A DNA stretch of 39,685 nucleotides from a virus (IMGVR_UViG_3300032232_001689:1-39685), one strand, 5' to 3'. Positions 11,201-20,968 are shown, numbered from the stretch's first letter. The notes: generated by a model from the sequence alone, not told the origin. Program-made: numbers and translations.

Positions 11201-11996
11201 CCAGTGAGATTAATGTAGGAACTAGCTTCAGACGATGAGCGCCTGGAGCGTTCTCATTTGAATAACCAAGAGCATTATCATACAATGAAGAATCTTGGTT
11301 CTCTGTAATACTATTTGCTGAAAGCTTAAACCCAACTACATTATTACCAGCATAAGTGCCAAAATTGTTAACAATACCAAAGGTTGGTGTAACTATTTTA
11401 GCAAAAACACCATTAATGAACACTATACCTTCGCTGACAGAAATACCATGCGCATTACCAGTAGGCGATTGTGTTCCATTAGAAGTAGCATAAACATTAA
11501 CACTAACAATTGGTGTACCGTTAGAAGGAATTGAGTAGAAATTCAATGTTTCGTTGTTACTATATGTTACAACTGCAGTATTGTTAGTGTTTCCAGTATT
11601 GACGTACTGAACATAAACGATATTAGTATTTGGATAGTTTGTTACAAGACCAGAATTTGCAACAAAAACACGTGCTGTCAAATTAGAAGTAGCAGAAACA
11701 ACTTGTGTATTAACGAGAGAAGTTACGTCGAAGGAAGCGCCATTTACTTGGAAATCTTGAAGACGAATAAAAGGCAACGAAGGAATATCAATGATCGTGC
11801 AACCAGAAACAATGTCGCCGTTTTGAAACGCCCAGTTACCAAAACGCTCAATTTGATTTTGAAGGATAGACTGAACCTGATTTAATTCGCGAGCCTGTAC
11901 AGCCACTTGCGGTTTGAACAAAACACGATAATACTGTTTATCCTCGTCGTAATCGTCGAAGTAAGGAGAAACATTTAAATTTGCGCTTAATGGCAT
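8241..11996 (-). CDS. N-terminal half of DUF4815/VrlC-like large virion structural protein
   Basis: NLNVSPYFDDY..YYRVLFKP..VQARELNQ.QSILQNQIERFG, APGAHRLK, RYTMQDIGKL.KRI.NLEYYT.LSLL and RFKNGIF.D motifs. Confidence 0.85.
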   Translation of the reverse strand: MPLSANLNVSPYFDDYDEDKQYYRVLFKPQVAVQARELNQVQSILQNQIERFGNWAFQNGDIVSGCTIIDIPSLPFIRLQDFQVNGASFDVTSLVNTQVVSATSNLTARVFVANSGLVTNYPNTNIVYVQYVNTGNTNNTAVVTYSNNETLNFYSIPSNGTPIVSVNVYATSNGTQSPTGNAHGISVSEGIVFINGVFAKIVTPTFGIVNNFGTYAGNNVVGFKLSANSITENQDSSLYDNALGYSNENAPGAHRLKLVPTLISLDPVTASNTTGFNPIATYNYGSLVSKSVSSNVYSVVGEAIATRIYDESGNYVVNPFIVDTVTGLTGNSIISTIDANTVLGRVSPGVGYAQGQRVEILKTAYINMRRGIDTQSFKSQQITFNYGNYFTVNEVAGIFPFSTAQNINLYDSPQQAVTKRTYASIATANGNLIGTASLKNFNYISGVDGTNTAVYTVHVFNIKMNGGYQVNQIKSIGYTSGTKGFADLTNPGVIDGSSLKDQLYNFGVPGLKNLKDDSNNNNTQYIYRTNKSATMAANGLVTVTISGSGSGGSNIDILPYGIGVLPIVDTSSITLVATANVDTAALGGSVTTSSTNTTVTGSSTNFLVDFYPGSLIKYNSVIRTVVSVTNSSLMTVDASFGGSAGTGTYYKTYLNGSVIPFSYSATGPQTGYVYVSNSTSFQIRSTQAPSSSLGVQVFYDILRTNATASTKAINKNRFVRINVANNAGGVTGPWCLGVSDLHQITAVYGASSGTFCNSTAITATNITNQFSYDTGQKDTHYDYGYLYPTSGFSYSSYPYLLVQMDYFTPSAPGFFSVESYPIDDANTANTTAIQTKDIPLYVDETGKKNWLRDYIDFRPVSNSSANNTGVVSNVVTSVSYATINPAAANLTPFSTDDLNVPAYGRNMQSNFTMYLPRNDLVTITPDGTIKVIEGQPKVAPQTPIFPDNSMAVAVIKIPPYPSLSTDQVDSDQAINKLSKNLIRDTSTAISTNLVMNRRYTMQDIGKLDKRITNLEYYTQLSLLQQKATDMVVTDSNGLNRFKNGIFADSFDSFLLSDVSNPEYSIAIDRKEGKARPKFVLESFKFDFNSTASSNVQKTGRVITLPYTSVAFITQPYATKYRSSAHVASHWSGFLELMPSYSNNIDYNQTASVGTTIDNTTPWKEFANSPFGSIWGAWQTSVNTVSSSVQTGQQNTYNISIGYQYTNDTAQAALDAAVAKYQSEGFVIGGTSLTFSSQHGGIGSNSSITQVS

Positions 11997-12009
11997 TTCT
12001 ATTCCCTAT

Positions 12010-13548
12010 TTAAACTTTAATAATCAATTTAAACGACTCAGCCTGGTTGCCAGAACGAATTACGTTGCTAATGTTTTGTACATAAAGAGGTGTAATATCT
12101 TTTGTAAATATATCACCAACTGTATTTATTGTAATATTTGCCGATAGTAAACCATTATTTGTGGATACAATTCTTTCGTTACCGAATTTTTTATCACCAG
12201 TCAAATAAACAACAGTAGAATTAGAAAACGCAACAGTACCTCTGGCACCAGAATTAGCGCCAATTACATTTTCGCCAGTCGAAAAAATAGAACTTCCGAA
12301 ATCTACATTGGCTTTTAAAACTGAACTAAATGTATTTGAAGAATATGCTGTGGTTTTGTTTTTAGTGCTTTGTGATATGTAATATGGGTTTTTAATTAAT
12401 CCAATTTTATTGTACTGAGTTGCAACTAAAATTGTATTACTTTCTGTGTTTGAGAAGTTGAAAGAGACAACAAACCCATTAACACCTAATTCCCCTGCAG
12501 GGTTACTTCCGTGACCGCCTGGTGGTGGAACTATAGCATATAAATTAGCTCCGGTACCATATGTGGTATTACTTTGTATATAAACATTGGCCCAAGAAAC
12601 ACCAGATCCCCTGTTGATTATTTTAATTGACGAAATTGAATTGGAACTTGGGTTTATATAACTCACCGCTTTTGGTTGACTATCACCATCGGTTTCAAAT
12701 ACAACTTTTGGTGAGATATAATATGTTGTTACTGTTGCATTAATTAAATCTGTGTTCGCAGGAGATTCGAGATATACCCAATTGCCAGTAAGATTGGCAA
12801 CATATCTCTGAACAGTCATTAACTGGCTAGTTGCCGAACCGGAATTTTCAAGATAAATGCTGTTTTTGCTATAAAAATCATTATCTCGAGAAGCATTAAT
12901 TTGGAGTTGTAAAAGAGTGCTATTACTTACTGACTGAATAACCCCATTAGTGTAACAGGAATACCCAACGCCACCATTATTGATCATAACAACTTCTACA
13001 CCAGAATAGCTATAAGCGCCAGAAACAATTGTTGTATTTGATGTTACTGGTGCATGTGTGGCGGTTGCGCTTTTATTGTACAACGAACTTGAAATTGACG
13101 TAATATAACGCCAAGTATAACCATCTGTTTTAGTAAACGATTGTATCTGAACTTGATCCGGCGGATATACTGATGGGTTACCATTAGCGTTATCAATACA
13201 CTTATATAGATTATAACTTCCACCAACAGTAGATGGTGGAACAATGACATAATAATTAGCAAGATTAGCAACAGTATTATCGTATCTATTGTAAACCGTA
13301 TTAGTTCTCCAAGGTTTATTCGAAATAACAGGTGCGACATCAGCAGGTTTTAATTTTTTACCAAATATCATTTGCCAGTCGTTGGTGAAAGAAGTAGAAT
13401 AATCGTCGCCAGTTAAAACTGGCGTTGTGTTTCCATCATACGCAATAGGGTTTGCTGCAAACGCATAATACTGTGATGTATTACTTGTAATAGAACTAAT
13501 TATTTCATCGATTATTGCTTTTTGATATTGTGGTAATATTTTTCCCAT
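12010..13548 (-). CDS. gp8: Baseplate wedge subunit gp8-like
   Basis: GKK....V..W...VY..YD, YKCIDN, DGYTWRY and PPPGGHG.NP..EL motifs; about 510 aa, as in the cyanophage-type gp8. Confidence 0.85.
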   Translation of the reverse strand: MGKILPQYQKAIIDEIISSITSNTSQYYAFAANPIAYDGNTTPVLTGDDYSTSFTNDWQMIFGKKLKPADVAPVISNKPWRTNTVYNRYDNTVANLANYYVIVPPSTVGGSYNLYKCIDNANGNPSVYPPDQVQIQSFTKTDGYTWRYITSISSSLYNKSATATHAPVTSNTTIVSGAYSYSGVEVVMINNGGVGYSCYTNGVIQSVSNSTLLQLQINASRDNDFYSKNSIYLENSGSATSQLMTVQRYVANLTGNWVYLESPANTDLINATVTTYYISPKVVFETDGDSQPKAVSYINPSSNSISSIKIINRGSGVSWANVYIQSNTTYGTGANLYAIVPPPGGHGSNPAGELGVNGFVVSFNFSNTESNTILVATQYNKIGLIKNPYYISQSTKNKTTAYSSNTFSSVLKANVDFGSSIFSTGENVIGANSGARGTVAFSNSTVVYLTGDKKFGNERIVSTNNGLLSANITINTVGDIFTKDITPLYVQNISNVIRSGNQAESFKLIIKV

Positions 13549-13560
13549 TTTTATCCGCTT

Positions 13561-15120
13561 TTAAATTTGTAACAGCTGTAACATATTTATATATCTTTTG
13601 GCTATCTTTTCAGCGCCAGCTGCATTTGGATGTAACCCATCAGCCTGATAATCCGCAGAACTTGTCAGAACAGTGGATAAATCCACATAAGATAAACCTA
13701 AATTATTTGATACGTTTATTATTTGTTTCTTGTAATCACCAAATGTATAACCTGTAGGCGGATCCCATCCAATAGGTATCGGTGGAATGCTCAACACTAC
13801 TCTTGATTTTTCAGTTGTCGAATAATATGAAGACTCATAATTTGTTATCGTGCCATTTGTTAATGGTGTTGACATTTTAGAAGCTAAATTATATAATTGC
13901 TCATAATATTTTGTAGGCGTTATTTGACGAGAATTGTTACCATCGAAAATATTTACCATACCACAAGATAATATGTAAATTACATTTTTCAATCCACCAT
14001 AACCAGATTCACCCCAAGATGGGTTTATAAATGAACTCGCTCTTATTAAATTATGAGGTCTCTTATCAACTGAGTCGCTTAAACTTGAATAATAATCATT
14101 TATACCATAATAATTTCGAGCATGTATTTGTATTATTGGCATACTAGAAGGCGATCTGACGAATGGGTGTATTCCAGTTATTACAGGGCTACCACTAAGA
14201 TATTCAATAGTAAAATTTTGATTGTAATTGCTGCCATCTAATAAAAATGGACCAATTTTATGGTTTACTGGATATCCTGTATGCCATTGGAAATATGTTG
14301 CAATATAATATTGACCAAAACTTGGAGAACTATTACTCAAATAAGCATTAAACATTCCCGAACCATTAGTTCCTGGCCAAGTTATAAATCTCAATGCATT
14401 TGACCCTGTTGGAAACGAATAACCAGGAACATACATATAAGAGTCTAATTTTGGATTATTGTATTGCGGTTGAGAAGATAATTGATAATTTGTATAATAA
14501 TCCATTTCTTGTATTAATGGATAATTATCTTGTTGAAAAACTCTTGCAGAAATCCTTCCACCAACAGATGCTGTATAATTTATATCAGATCCATTTGAAA
14601 CTTTAACGGACCCATTGCCCATTATTTTTATTGACAGATATCCATCACTACCAATAATATTATTTGGGTATATTACTGGAAATGATAGTTTACCTACACC
14701 AGAACCTGTATCAGGACCTAACATCACACCACCATTATTCCACCCCGACATATTTGTAACACTACCACCATTACTGCTATTGTAAGTACACGCAGAGAAA
14801 GGCATCATTCCAATAGTAGGATTTGTGATATTTCCGCTACCAGTTATGTGCCTCAAAACACCTGTTGTGCCACCAGAAAATGATGTTTTGTTAGAAACAT
14901 CATCTGTTGTAATACTACGAGCAACGATGTCGTCACCAAGCCCCCATTTAGTAGGTGTATAACCATAACTTTCATTTATTCTTTTTTGCATATAATATGC
15001 AATAGTATTATTGGCTTGTAAATTGTAGCCCCATTGTATAGAATCACCAACTAATACAACAGTACTTATTGGATCAGTAACACTATCAATACCACCACTA
15101 AAGATTATTCCAGTTTTCAT
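13561..15120 (-). CDS. SGNH/GDSL-family esterase domain virion protein (probable tail-associated)
   Basis: VLVGDSIQWG (block I) and DGLHPNAAG (block V). Start reassigned to ATG 15120 (MKTGIIFSGG), which overlaps the upstream TGA as ATGA. Confidence 0.75.
   Translation of the reverse strand: MKTGIIFSGGIDSVTDPISTVVLVGDSIQWGYNLQANNTIAYYMQKRINESYGYTPTKWGLGDDIVARSITTDDVSNKTSFSGGTTGVLRHITGSGNITNPTIGMMPFSACTYNSSNGGSVTNMSGWNNGGVMLGPDTGSGVGKLSFPVIYPNNIIGSDGYLSIKIMGNGSVKVSNGSDINYTASVGGRISARVFQQDNYPLIQEMDYYTNYQLSSQPQYNNPKLDSYMYVPGYSFPTGSNALRFITWPGTNGSGMFNAYLSNSSPSFGQYYIATYFQWHTGYPVNHKIGPFLLDGSNYNQNFTIEYLSGSPVITGIHPFVRSPSSMPIIQIHARNYYGINDYYSSLSDSVDKRPHNLIRASSFINPSWGESGYGGLKNVIYILSCGMVNIFDGNNSRQITPTKYYEQLYNLASKMSTPLTNGTITNYESSYYSTTEKSRVVLSIPPIPIGWDPPTGYTFGDYKKQIINVSNNLGLSYVDLSTVLTSSADYQADGLHPNAAGAEKIAKRYINMLQLLQI
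13584..13591 (-). promoter_or_regulatory. T4 late promoter TATAAATA
   Basis: Exact consensus about 35 nt upstream of the gp8 start, inside the end of the preceding gene. Confidence 0.6.
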
Positions 15121-16862
15121 GATGCTGAGATATCTCCAACAACTAACCAATTATTATTGTTCGCGCCTCTACCATTGTAAACGCTACAACCAGCATATTG
15201 AGCAGTCATAAAGATAACATTTCCAATTCTAGAAGTTCCTCCAGAAATCAAAACGGGATTAGTTCCAGTTTGGATAACGTCAAACTTCATTGCGTTTAAC
15301 CCAGATGGTAATGTAATTGTGCAAGTATTGGTAAATTCAAGAATTTTACCATTGTCAGATGATTGGATTGTATATGTACTATTAGCAATTTGAATAGGCG
15401 CTCCAAGAACATCAAAGTTGAATGATGACCAATAAGGTGCTCCAGAAGAACCATTTGATGTTAAATATTGACCAGATGTGCCATAATAGATGCTGCTGTA
15501 GTTGTTTGATTTACCATTAAAACCTAATGAACCATTAGAATTGAAAGAGAACAACAACGAAATATTAGAAGCTGGCCCTCTGGCAACATGGAATAATGAT
15601 GCATTAGATCCAGAAGCAGTATTTGATTCTTTGATTATGTAAAGCCCATTGGTGTCATCACCAAGCTGAATCGCACCATAATTGACTGTGTTGGATACAA
15701 CAAGCTGTTTAGATATAGTGTTACCAGTCATGCCACCCAAACCAACGTTGCCGTTGCTGGTAGAAATATACACAGGGGCTTCTTGTACATAAGCTCCATT
15801 TGCTGCATAATAAGCAACTTTTGAAGTTGTGCCATTAGCAACTGGTCTTGTATTTTGTACAGAGCCATCGGAGAATTTTATAGTACCATTAGAAAATTCA
15901 ATAGTGCCATTTACTGTTAACGTAGAACTTGGTGTGGTAATACCACCAAAACCAACGTTACCATTACTTAAAAAATATACTGAAGTACCTACTGTGAATT
16001 CATTATCAACAGAACTAACAGCATAAAGTGCGGTATTAACGTTCAAATCACCTTCGTTTTTACCAAAAGCGTATGTAGTGTTATTAGCAGTAATTCTAGC
16101 AACGTTTGAAGAAACGCCTGAAATAGTTAAATAGTTAGATAAATTCGCTGACAACTGCGCATTCGATACAACATTAGCTGCTGTTACAGACCCAACGAAC
16201 GATGTATTATTAGAAGTAAGTGTAGATACGTTGGCAGAAAGACCAGCTGTCGTTTGATAATTTGACAAATTCGCTGACAACTGCGCATTCGATACAACAT
16301 TAGCTGCTGTTACAGACCCAACGAACGATGTATTATTAGAAGTAAGTGTAGATACGTTGGCAGAAAGTGTGCTGTTTAGTTGATAAGAGGCAGCTATAAC
16401 ACCATTTAAATAGTATGCATTGTTCGCAGTGTTAGCAGCAAGAGTTGCAACATTTGCAGAAAGCCCAGCCGTTGTTTGATAATTCGATAATGTGCTGGAA
16501 AGCGCATATGAAGCAGCTGCAACACCACCAAGATTGTCAGCATTATTCGCAGTTAGTTTTGCTACATTAGCTGCAAGACCACCAGCTGTTTGATAATTCG
16601 CCGTAGATAAAGCAGTTGTGGTAACATAATTTGCTAGATTTGCAAATAATTGTGCGTTAGAAACAACATTAGCTGCTGACACAGATCCAACGAACGATAC
16701 ATTATTGGAAGTTAACGTTGCTACATTAGAAGACATTCCAGCAGATGTTTGAAACGTTGAATAAATGTTAGCAAAATTAACGTTTATGTTAGCAAAGGCT
16801 GTGCGAATAGGATCGCCCGTGCCGTCGTTTGGATATGTACCAATATTAACAGTATTTGGCAA
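15117..16862 (-). CDS. Tail fibre with gp9/gp10-like N-terminal baseplate attachment motif
   Basis: NIGTYPNDGTGDPIRTAF..IN.NF is the gp9/gp10 N-terminal signature; internal 42-aa repeats; TTG start with GGAGA SD. Confidence 0.8.
   Translation of the reverse strand: MPNTVNIGTYPNDGTGDPIRTAFANINVNFANIYSTFQTSAGMSSNVATLTSNNVSFVGSVSAANVVSNAQLFANLANYVTTTALSTANYQTAGGLAANVAKLTANNADNLGGVAAASYALSSTLSNYQTTAGLSANVATLAANTANNAYYLNGVIAASYQLNSTLSANVSTLTSNNTSFVGSVTAANVVSNAQLSANLSNYQTTAGLSANVSTLTSNNTSFVGSVTAANVVSNAQLSANLSNYLTISGVSSNVARITANNTTYAFGKNEGDLNVNTALYAVSSVDNEFTVGTSVYFLSNGNVGFGGITTPSSTLTVNGTIEFSNGTIKFSDGSVQNTRPVANGTTSKVAYYAANGAYVQEAPVYISTSNGNVGLGGMTGNTISKQLVVSNTVNYGAIQLGDDTNGLYIIKESNTASGSNASLFHVARGPASNISLLFSFNSNGSLGFNGKSNNYSSIYYGTSGQYLTSNGSSGAPYWSSFNFDVLGAPIQIANSTYTIQSSDNGKILEFTNTCTITLPSGLNAMKFDVIQTGTNPVLISGGTSRIGNVIFMTAQYAGCSVYNGRGANNNNWLVVGDISAS
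16141..16367. repeat. Exact 101-bp direct repeat, 126-bp period
   Basis: 16141-16241 is identical to 16267-16367 by eye; a diverged third copy lies near 16640-16730. Confidence 0.9.
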
Positions 16863-16875
16863 TTATTTTCTCCAT

Positions 16876-19128
16876 TTATGGTACTTGGTCTGCGGTTATA
16901 AACAAATTATCAGAAGTCAATTCGTCTGTATCAGCGCTGATTATGAACGTAATTTCTTCACCTGTTCCGCCTGCAAAATATGTTACTCTATAAGGCTCAT
17001 ATAATATATCAATTTTCGATTCTTCTTCTATTTGATCGTAAAATTGACCGAATAATTCAGATCCAGCAGTGTGAAATGTATTATAAAGAATATCTTTATA
17101 TTTATCAAGCGTAGAAGCAGCTCTTATTAGATAAGAATAATCTTGATAAAAATAACTATCTTGTATGTATTTATCAGAGTTTAAGAAACCTCTTGTTGTA
17201 GACCAATATCCTTGTCTTCTACCAACACCTTTCTTAATAACTTTCCCAGTAATTTTAACAGAAGTATTAAATTCTGAAACTTCAGCTGTCAATACCGCTC
17301 CGGAACCATTTGCAGTTTTAACTTGTAGAATAGGAACAGATTTAAAATTAGAACCACCGTTTGTTACTATAGCTGATGATATACTTCCATTACCATATGT
17401 TGTTACATATCCAGAAGCAGTGCTTGATGGTTCTCCGCCTAGGAATAGAATAGGTTCCAAATTGGAATATCCAGAGCCGCTGGCAACGATGTTTATCGTA
17501 TTTAAACCATTATAAAGATAAGCATAAATGGTTTCGCCCTCGTTATAACCTTTACCAGAATCTATCGAAACAACATTAGCGATAATATTATTTCCAGAAG
17601 ATGGTATACCACTAATGATTTCATTTATTCCATTAATCGTCCCATCTGCTCTATACATTGTTGGTTCGTTTATACCAAAATTGGAAGGTAAAACAACAGG
17701 GGCATTTTTGTAAGTTGCAAGATTGGTTGAATTATATTTTGGTGGACCATACAAAGTCATAAATGTATTACTATCTACAGATTTAACAACTTGATATTCT
17801 ACAGAAACAGCATTCGAAGAATTGGCCTGCAAACAAATAACATCTCCGGCAGAAAAGAATGTTATTGTTGAGTTGCCTTGAAATGATGTTCCTGTGCCTG
17901 ATATGGAGTTAGAAGTTGTACTGTAAGATATTGTACCTGGCAATACATTAGAAGCCAATTGAGTAGAACGAACAAAAACGTTGAGGTTGTTTGTATACCC
18001 ATTACCAGTATTGATATTAGTCAATGATGCAATCGTTCCAAAGTAATTATTTTGGTACGAAAATACTTGATTCAAATTGCTTGAATTATTAGCAGAAGTA
18101 TTTGCTGGGAAACCAAAAGTAGCTGAATTTAACAATTTATCTCTATAATCAACTATCAAATTTGTATTGTATTCTATTAATTTTCTGTAAGAATATCCAC
18201 CTATTTGGGCCAGAGCATTTTGACCAGTTGTATCACCATCGCCTTTATAGATAAAAATATTAGTATTTGTAGTAAACCCAAACCCACCCCTATCAATGTT
18301 AAAATTTATAGATCCTAATGCTCTTGATAAACCAGTAACTTTTAATTTGGCATCAATACCAGAGGATATTATTGCGTTATTTGTAACATCTTTATGAGCA
18401 ATTTCAATAATATCACCAATATTAAAATTCTGGCCTCCGTTTATAATTTCTAAACTATCAACAGAACCAAGAATGGTTGGACATATATTAACTATTTCTG
18501 TGTTATCTTTGTCATATATATTGACAATTTTTTCACCATAGATAAATTGTCCACCTTTTGGCATCATATTAGAAATAAAAATTGTAGAAACAATATTGTT
18601 GTTGATTGGTTCTTTTATATAACTTTCAACAGTTGCAGTCGTACCAGAAGATGTTCCGATAATGGTTTTACCAATCAAACTTTCTATTACTGTACTTTCT
18701 GTTATTTCCAAATATAGTGGTTCTACCCATGTACCGTCCGATGGTTTCAGAAGATCGACGCCAGGTAAATACACTTCAATATCCTGATTATAAATTAATT
18801 TGAAAAGAAGTTTATAACATTGTATCGTTCCTTTTGAACGATACACGTCCAGAATATGTTTTAGAAGAAATCTTTTATTACTGATTATTCTAAAAGGAAT
18901 ACCATAAAGATATTTAAGCTGAAAAAATTCTAGGAAATTTTCTAATGTGTTGTCAATATCTCTGTAATCAAAAAGATTACGAGCTTGATTTACTGCTTGA
19001 CCTTCGGATTCTAACCACTCGTAATACGCCTTCATAAACAATATGAAGTCTGGACCCTCTTCTTGATAGAATTGAGGGAACTGACTTTCAATAAGATTTG
19101 ATATTTTCTTTTCTATAGAAAATTGCAT
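16876..19128 (-). CDS. gp7: Baseplate wedge initiator gp7-like
   Basis: IESQFPQF...FMKAYYEWLE, YRSKGT and C-terminal IQDSYFYQDYSY motifs; follows gp6. Confidence 0.75.
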   Translation of the reverse strand: MQFSIEKKISNLIESQFPQFYQEEGPDFILFMKAYYEWLESEGQAVNQARNLFDYRDIDNTLENFLEFFQLKYLYGIPFRIISNKRFLLKHILDVYRSKGTIQCYKLLFKLIYNQDIEVYLPGVDLLKPSDGTWVEPLYLEITESTVIESLIGKTIIGTSSGTTATVESYIKEPINNNIVSTIFISNMMPKGGQFIYGEKIVNIYDKDNTEIVNICPTILGSVDSLEIINGGQNFNIGDIIEIAHKDVTNNAIISSGIDAKLKVTGLSRALGSINFNIDRGGFGFTTNTNIFIYKGDGDTTGQNALAQIGGYSYRKLIEYNTNLIVDYRDKLLNSATFGFPANTSANNSSNLNQVFSYQNNYFGTIASLTNINTGNGYTNNLNVFVRSTQLASNVLPGTISYSTTSNSISGTGTSFQGNSTITFFSAGDVICLQANSSNAVSVEYQVVKSVDSNTFMTLYGPPKYNSTNLATYKNAPVVLPSNFGINEPTMYRADGTINGINEIISGIPSSGNNIIANVVSIDSGKGYNEGETIYAYLYNGLNTINIVASGSGYSNLEPILFLGGEPSSTASGYVTTYGNGSISSAIVTNGGSNFKSVPILQVKTANGSGAVLTAEVSEFNTSVKITGKVIKKGVGRRQGYWSTTRGFLNSDKYIQDSYFYQDYSYLIRAASTLDKYKDILYNTFHTAGSELFGQFYDQIEEESKIDILYEPYRVTYFAGGTGEEITFIISADTDELTSDNLFITADQVP

Positions 19129-19132
19129 ATTA

Positions 19133-20968
19133 TTACTTTATTGTTGGTATTACATTGACAGTAACATCTGCCAAATCAATTACTATAATTTTATCTTTTG
19201 ATACAATAATATCTTTATTCATAGGATGAACATATATGGAAATGTGGTTTTCATAGTAAGAAGTTGTGAGATTATTAATTTTTACTATACCATTAACATA
19301 ATCGATTGTTCCTATTTTATCTTTAATAATCGTGAAAACGTTATTAATGAAAGTATAAACTACAATAACACCGAAATTGTCGTCGCGCATGTAACAATAA
19401 TTATACGATTGACCGCTATCGGTCACGTACGTGAATCCTGACGACTCTAACATAGGTTCATCATAGAATCTAGGCTGGGCTGCTGGGTCGTATCCAGGAG
19501 CTGGTTTTTCTATTTCTGCAGAATTGTTAAAATTTAAAACATATGAAGTAGCATAATTGTATTTTGGAGTTATTCTTTTTGAAATTTTAACTTCTGTGCT
19601 ATTACTTGTGATACTAGAGTCTGCATTATCGACAGCATAAACGAATTTACTATATCTAAAATCGTTATTGAATTGCTCAAGATGTAATGTGCTAAATTCT
19701 TTGATCGCTGTTCGAACAGCTGTTTGGATATCTGTATTCAACTTTGTTGTAGCTGTTGTATTATACTGAACTGATGAATCTACATTAATGTAAAGATAAT
19801 CTGGATCTGTTATCATTATTCTTGTTGGAAGACCAATATAATTAAGAAGATAATTTGAAATTTGGTCTTTCACATAATTTGGCGCTACTAGAGCTCCTGT
19901 AGGCTTCAGACAAACAATAACACGACCATACAATTTCGTTTCTAATGTTTCGCCGCCATACACATTAACATCAGAAATTACACCACCAAAGTTTGACTTT
20001 ATTAGAGAAGAGTAATCTTCTGTTGCAACTGCTCTTTGTTGTGTTGCGAAATACCTCGGAGCTGCAAACTTTATAGATTCAATCGATTCTTGATTGGCTC
20101 CTCCAGCAGATACAGTGTTAACGTTGATAAAAGGTGTTATAATAGATCCGTTGTTATCACCACCAATGTCTTGCAATAAAACAAAATTGTCAACACCAAG
20201 CGCATCAGTTCCATTGGTAACTCTATATTCGACAGAAACTATACTTGTATTCAATGGTTTTCTACCAAATAAACCGTCGCCGAAAATAATTTCATATTTG
20301 TTATTCTCAGCGCCTTGCAAGAAATAAACTTCTGATAAAGAATCTAACCCAAAAAGAGTACTGGCAGCTGCAAAAACAGTATTACTTAAACCATTATTTT
20401 CAATAACAGAAACCGTTATGCTACTTGTGTCTATGTTTTTATTTGATAGTAAGTATCTTTGATTTTCAATATTATAATCAATCAAAAAAGAATCTGTAAA
20501 ATATATCCCTTCATATATTCTCAAATTATTGATAGAATACGTATTGCTACTAGAAACAAAAGATTGCTGTAAATCTGTTGTGAATGTAAATGTTCCGTTA
20601 GAATTTGTTCCAGAAAACTTAGAACCTTTTTTCAAATAAAGTGGGCTTGAAATACTTTTAGTATCAAATGTGAAAGATATTTCTGAGGCTGCAGAACGAG
20701 CACTTTTTGGAATATAGTTTAACTCTTTAGCATGTGAAACAACAGACTCATACTTTTGAGCAGAGTCTAAAAACATTTCTGATGCGACCATATTCAAATA
20801 GAAAGAGTTTAAATAAGTGTTATAACTCATTACATCAAGAAGAACGTTGATGTTAGAACCATCGAAGTTGTAGTCTTTAAACACTGACTGTGATGATAGA
20901 TAAGTTTTGAAATTCTGTTTTAATGTATCAAAATCTAATGATGTAAGTGTTAAAGAGCTATTTGCCAT
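19133..20968 (-). CDS. gp6: Baseplate wedge subunit gp6
   Basis: LDFD.LK..F.DYNFDGS..LLDV.SYNT..N..FLDSA and AP.YFATQQRAV..DY motifs. Confidence 0.93.
   Translation of the reverse strand: MANSSLTLTSLDFDTLKQNFKTYLSSQSVFKDYNFDGSNINVLLDVMSYNTYLNSFYLNMVASEMFLDSAQKYESVVSHAKELNYIPKSARSAASEISFTFDTKSISSPLYLKKGSKFSGTNSNGTFTFTTDLQQSFVSSSNTYSINNLRIYEGIYFTDSFLIDYNIENQRYLLSNKNIDTSSITVSVIENNGLSNTVFAAASTLFGLDSLSEVYFLQGAENNKYEIIFGDGLFGRKPLNTSIVSVEYRVTNGTDALGVDNFVLLQDIGGDNNGSIITPFINVNTVSAGGANQESIESIKFAAPRYFATQQRAVATEDYSSLIKSNFGGVISDVNVYGGETLETKLYGRVIVCLKPTGALVAPNYVKDQISNYLLNYIGLPTRIMITDPDYLYINVDSSVQYNTTATTKLNTDIQTAVRTAIKEFSTLHLEQFNNDFRYSKFVYAVDNADSSITSNSTEVKISKRITPKYNYATSYVLNFNNSAEIEKPAPGYDPAAQPRFYDEPMLESSGFTYVTDSGQSYNYCYMRDDNFGVIVVYTFINNVFTIIKDKIGTIDYVNGIVKINNLTTSYYENHISIYVHPMNKDIIVSKDKIIVIDLADVTVNVIPTIK

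Noticed and set aside
5488-11996. Intein or group I intron at the DUF4815 junction
   Set aside because: Gap is only 14 nt; no intein C..HN motifs or homing endonuclease seen.
1-16862. Diversity-generating retroelement suggested by Mtd-like N-termini and the 101-bp repeat
   Set aside because: No reverse transcriptase in the window; the repeat copies are identical and intragenic, with no adenine-specific mismatches.
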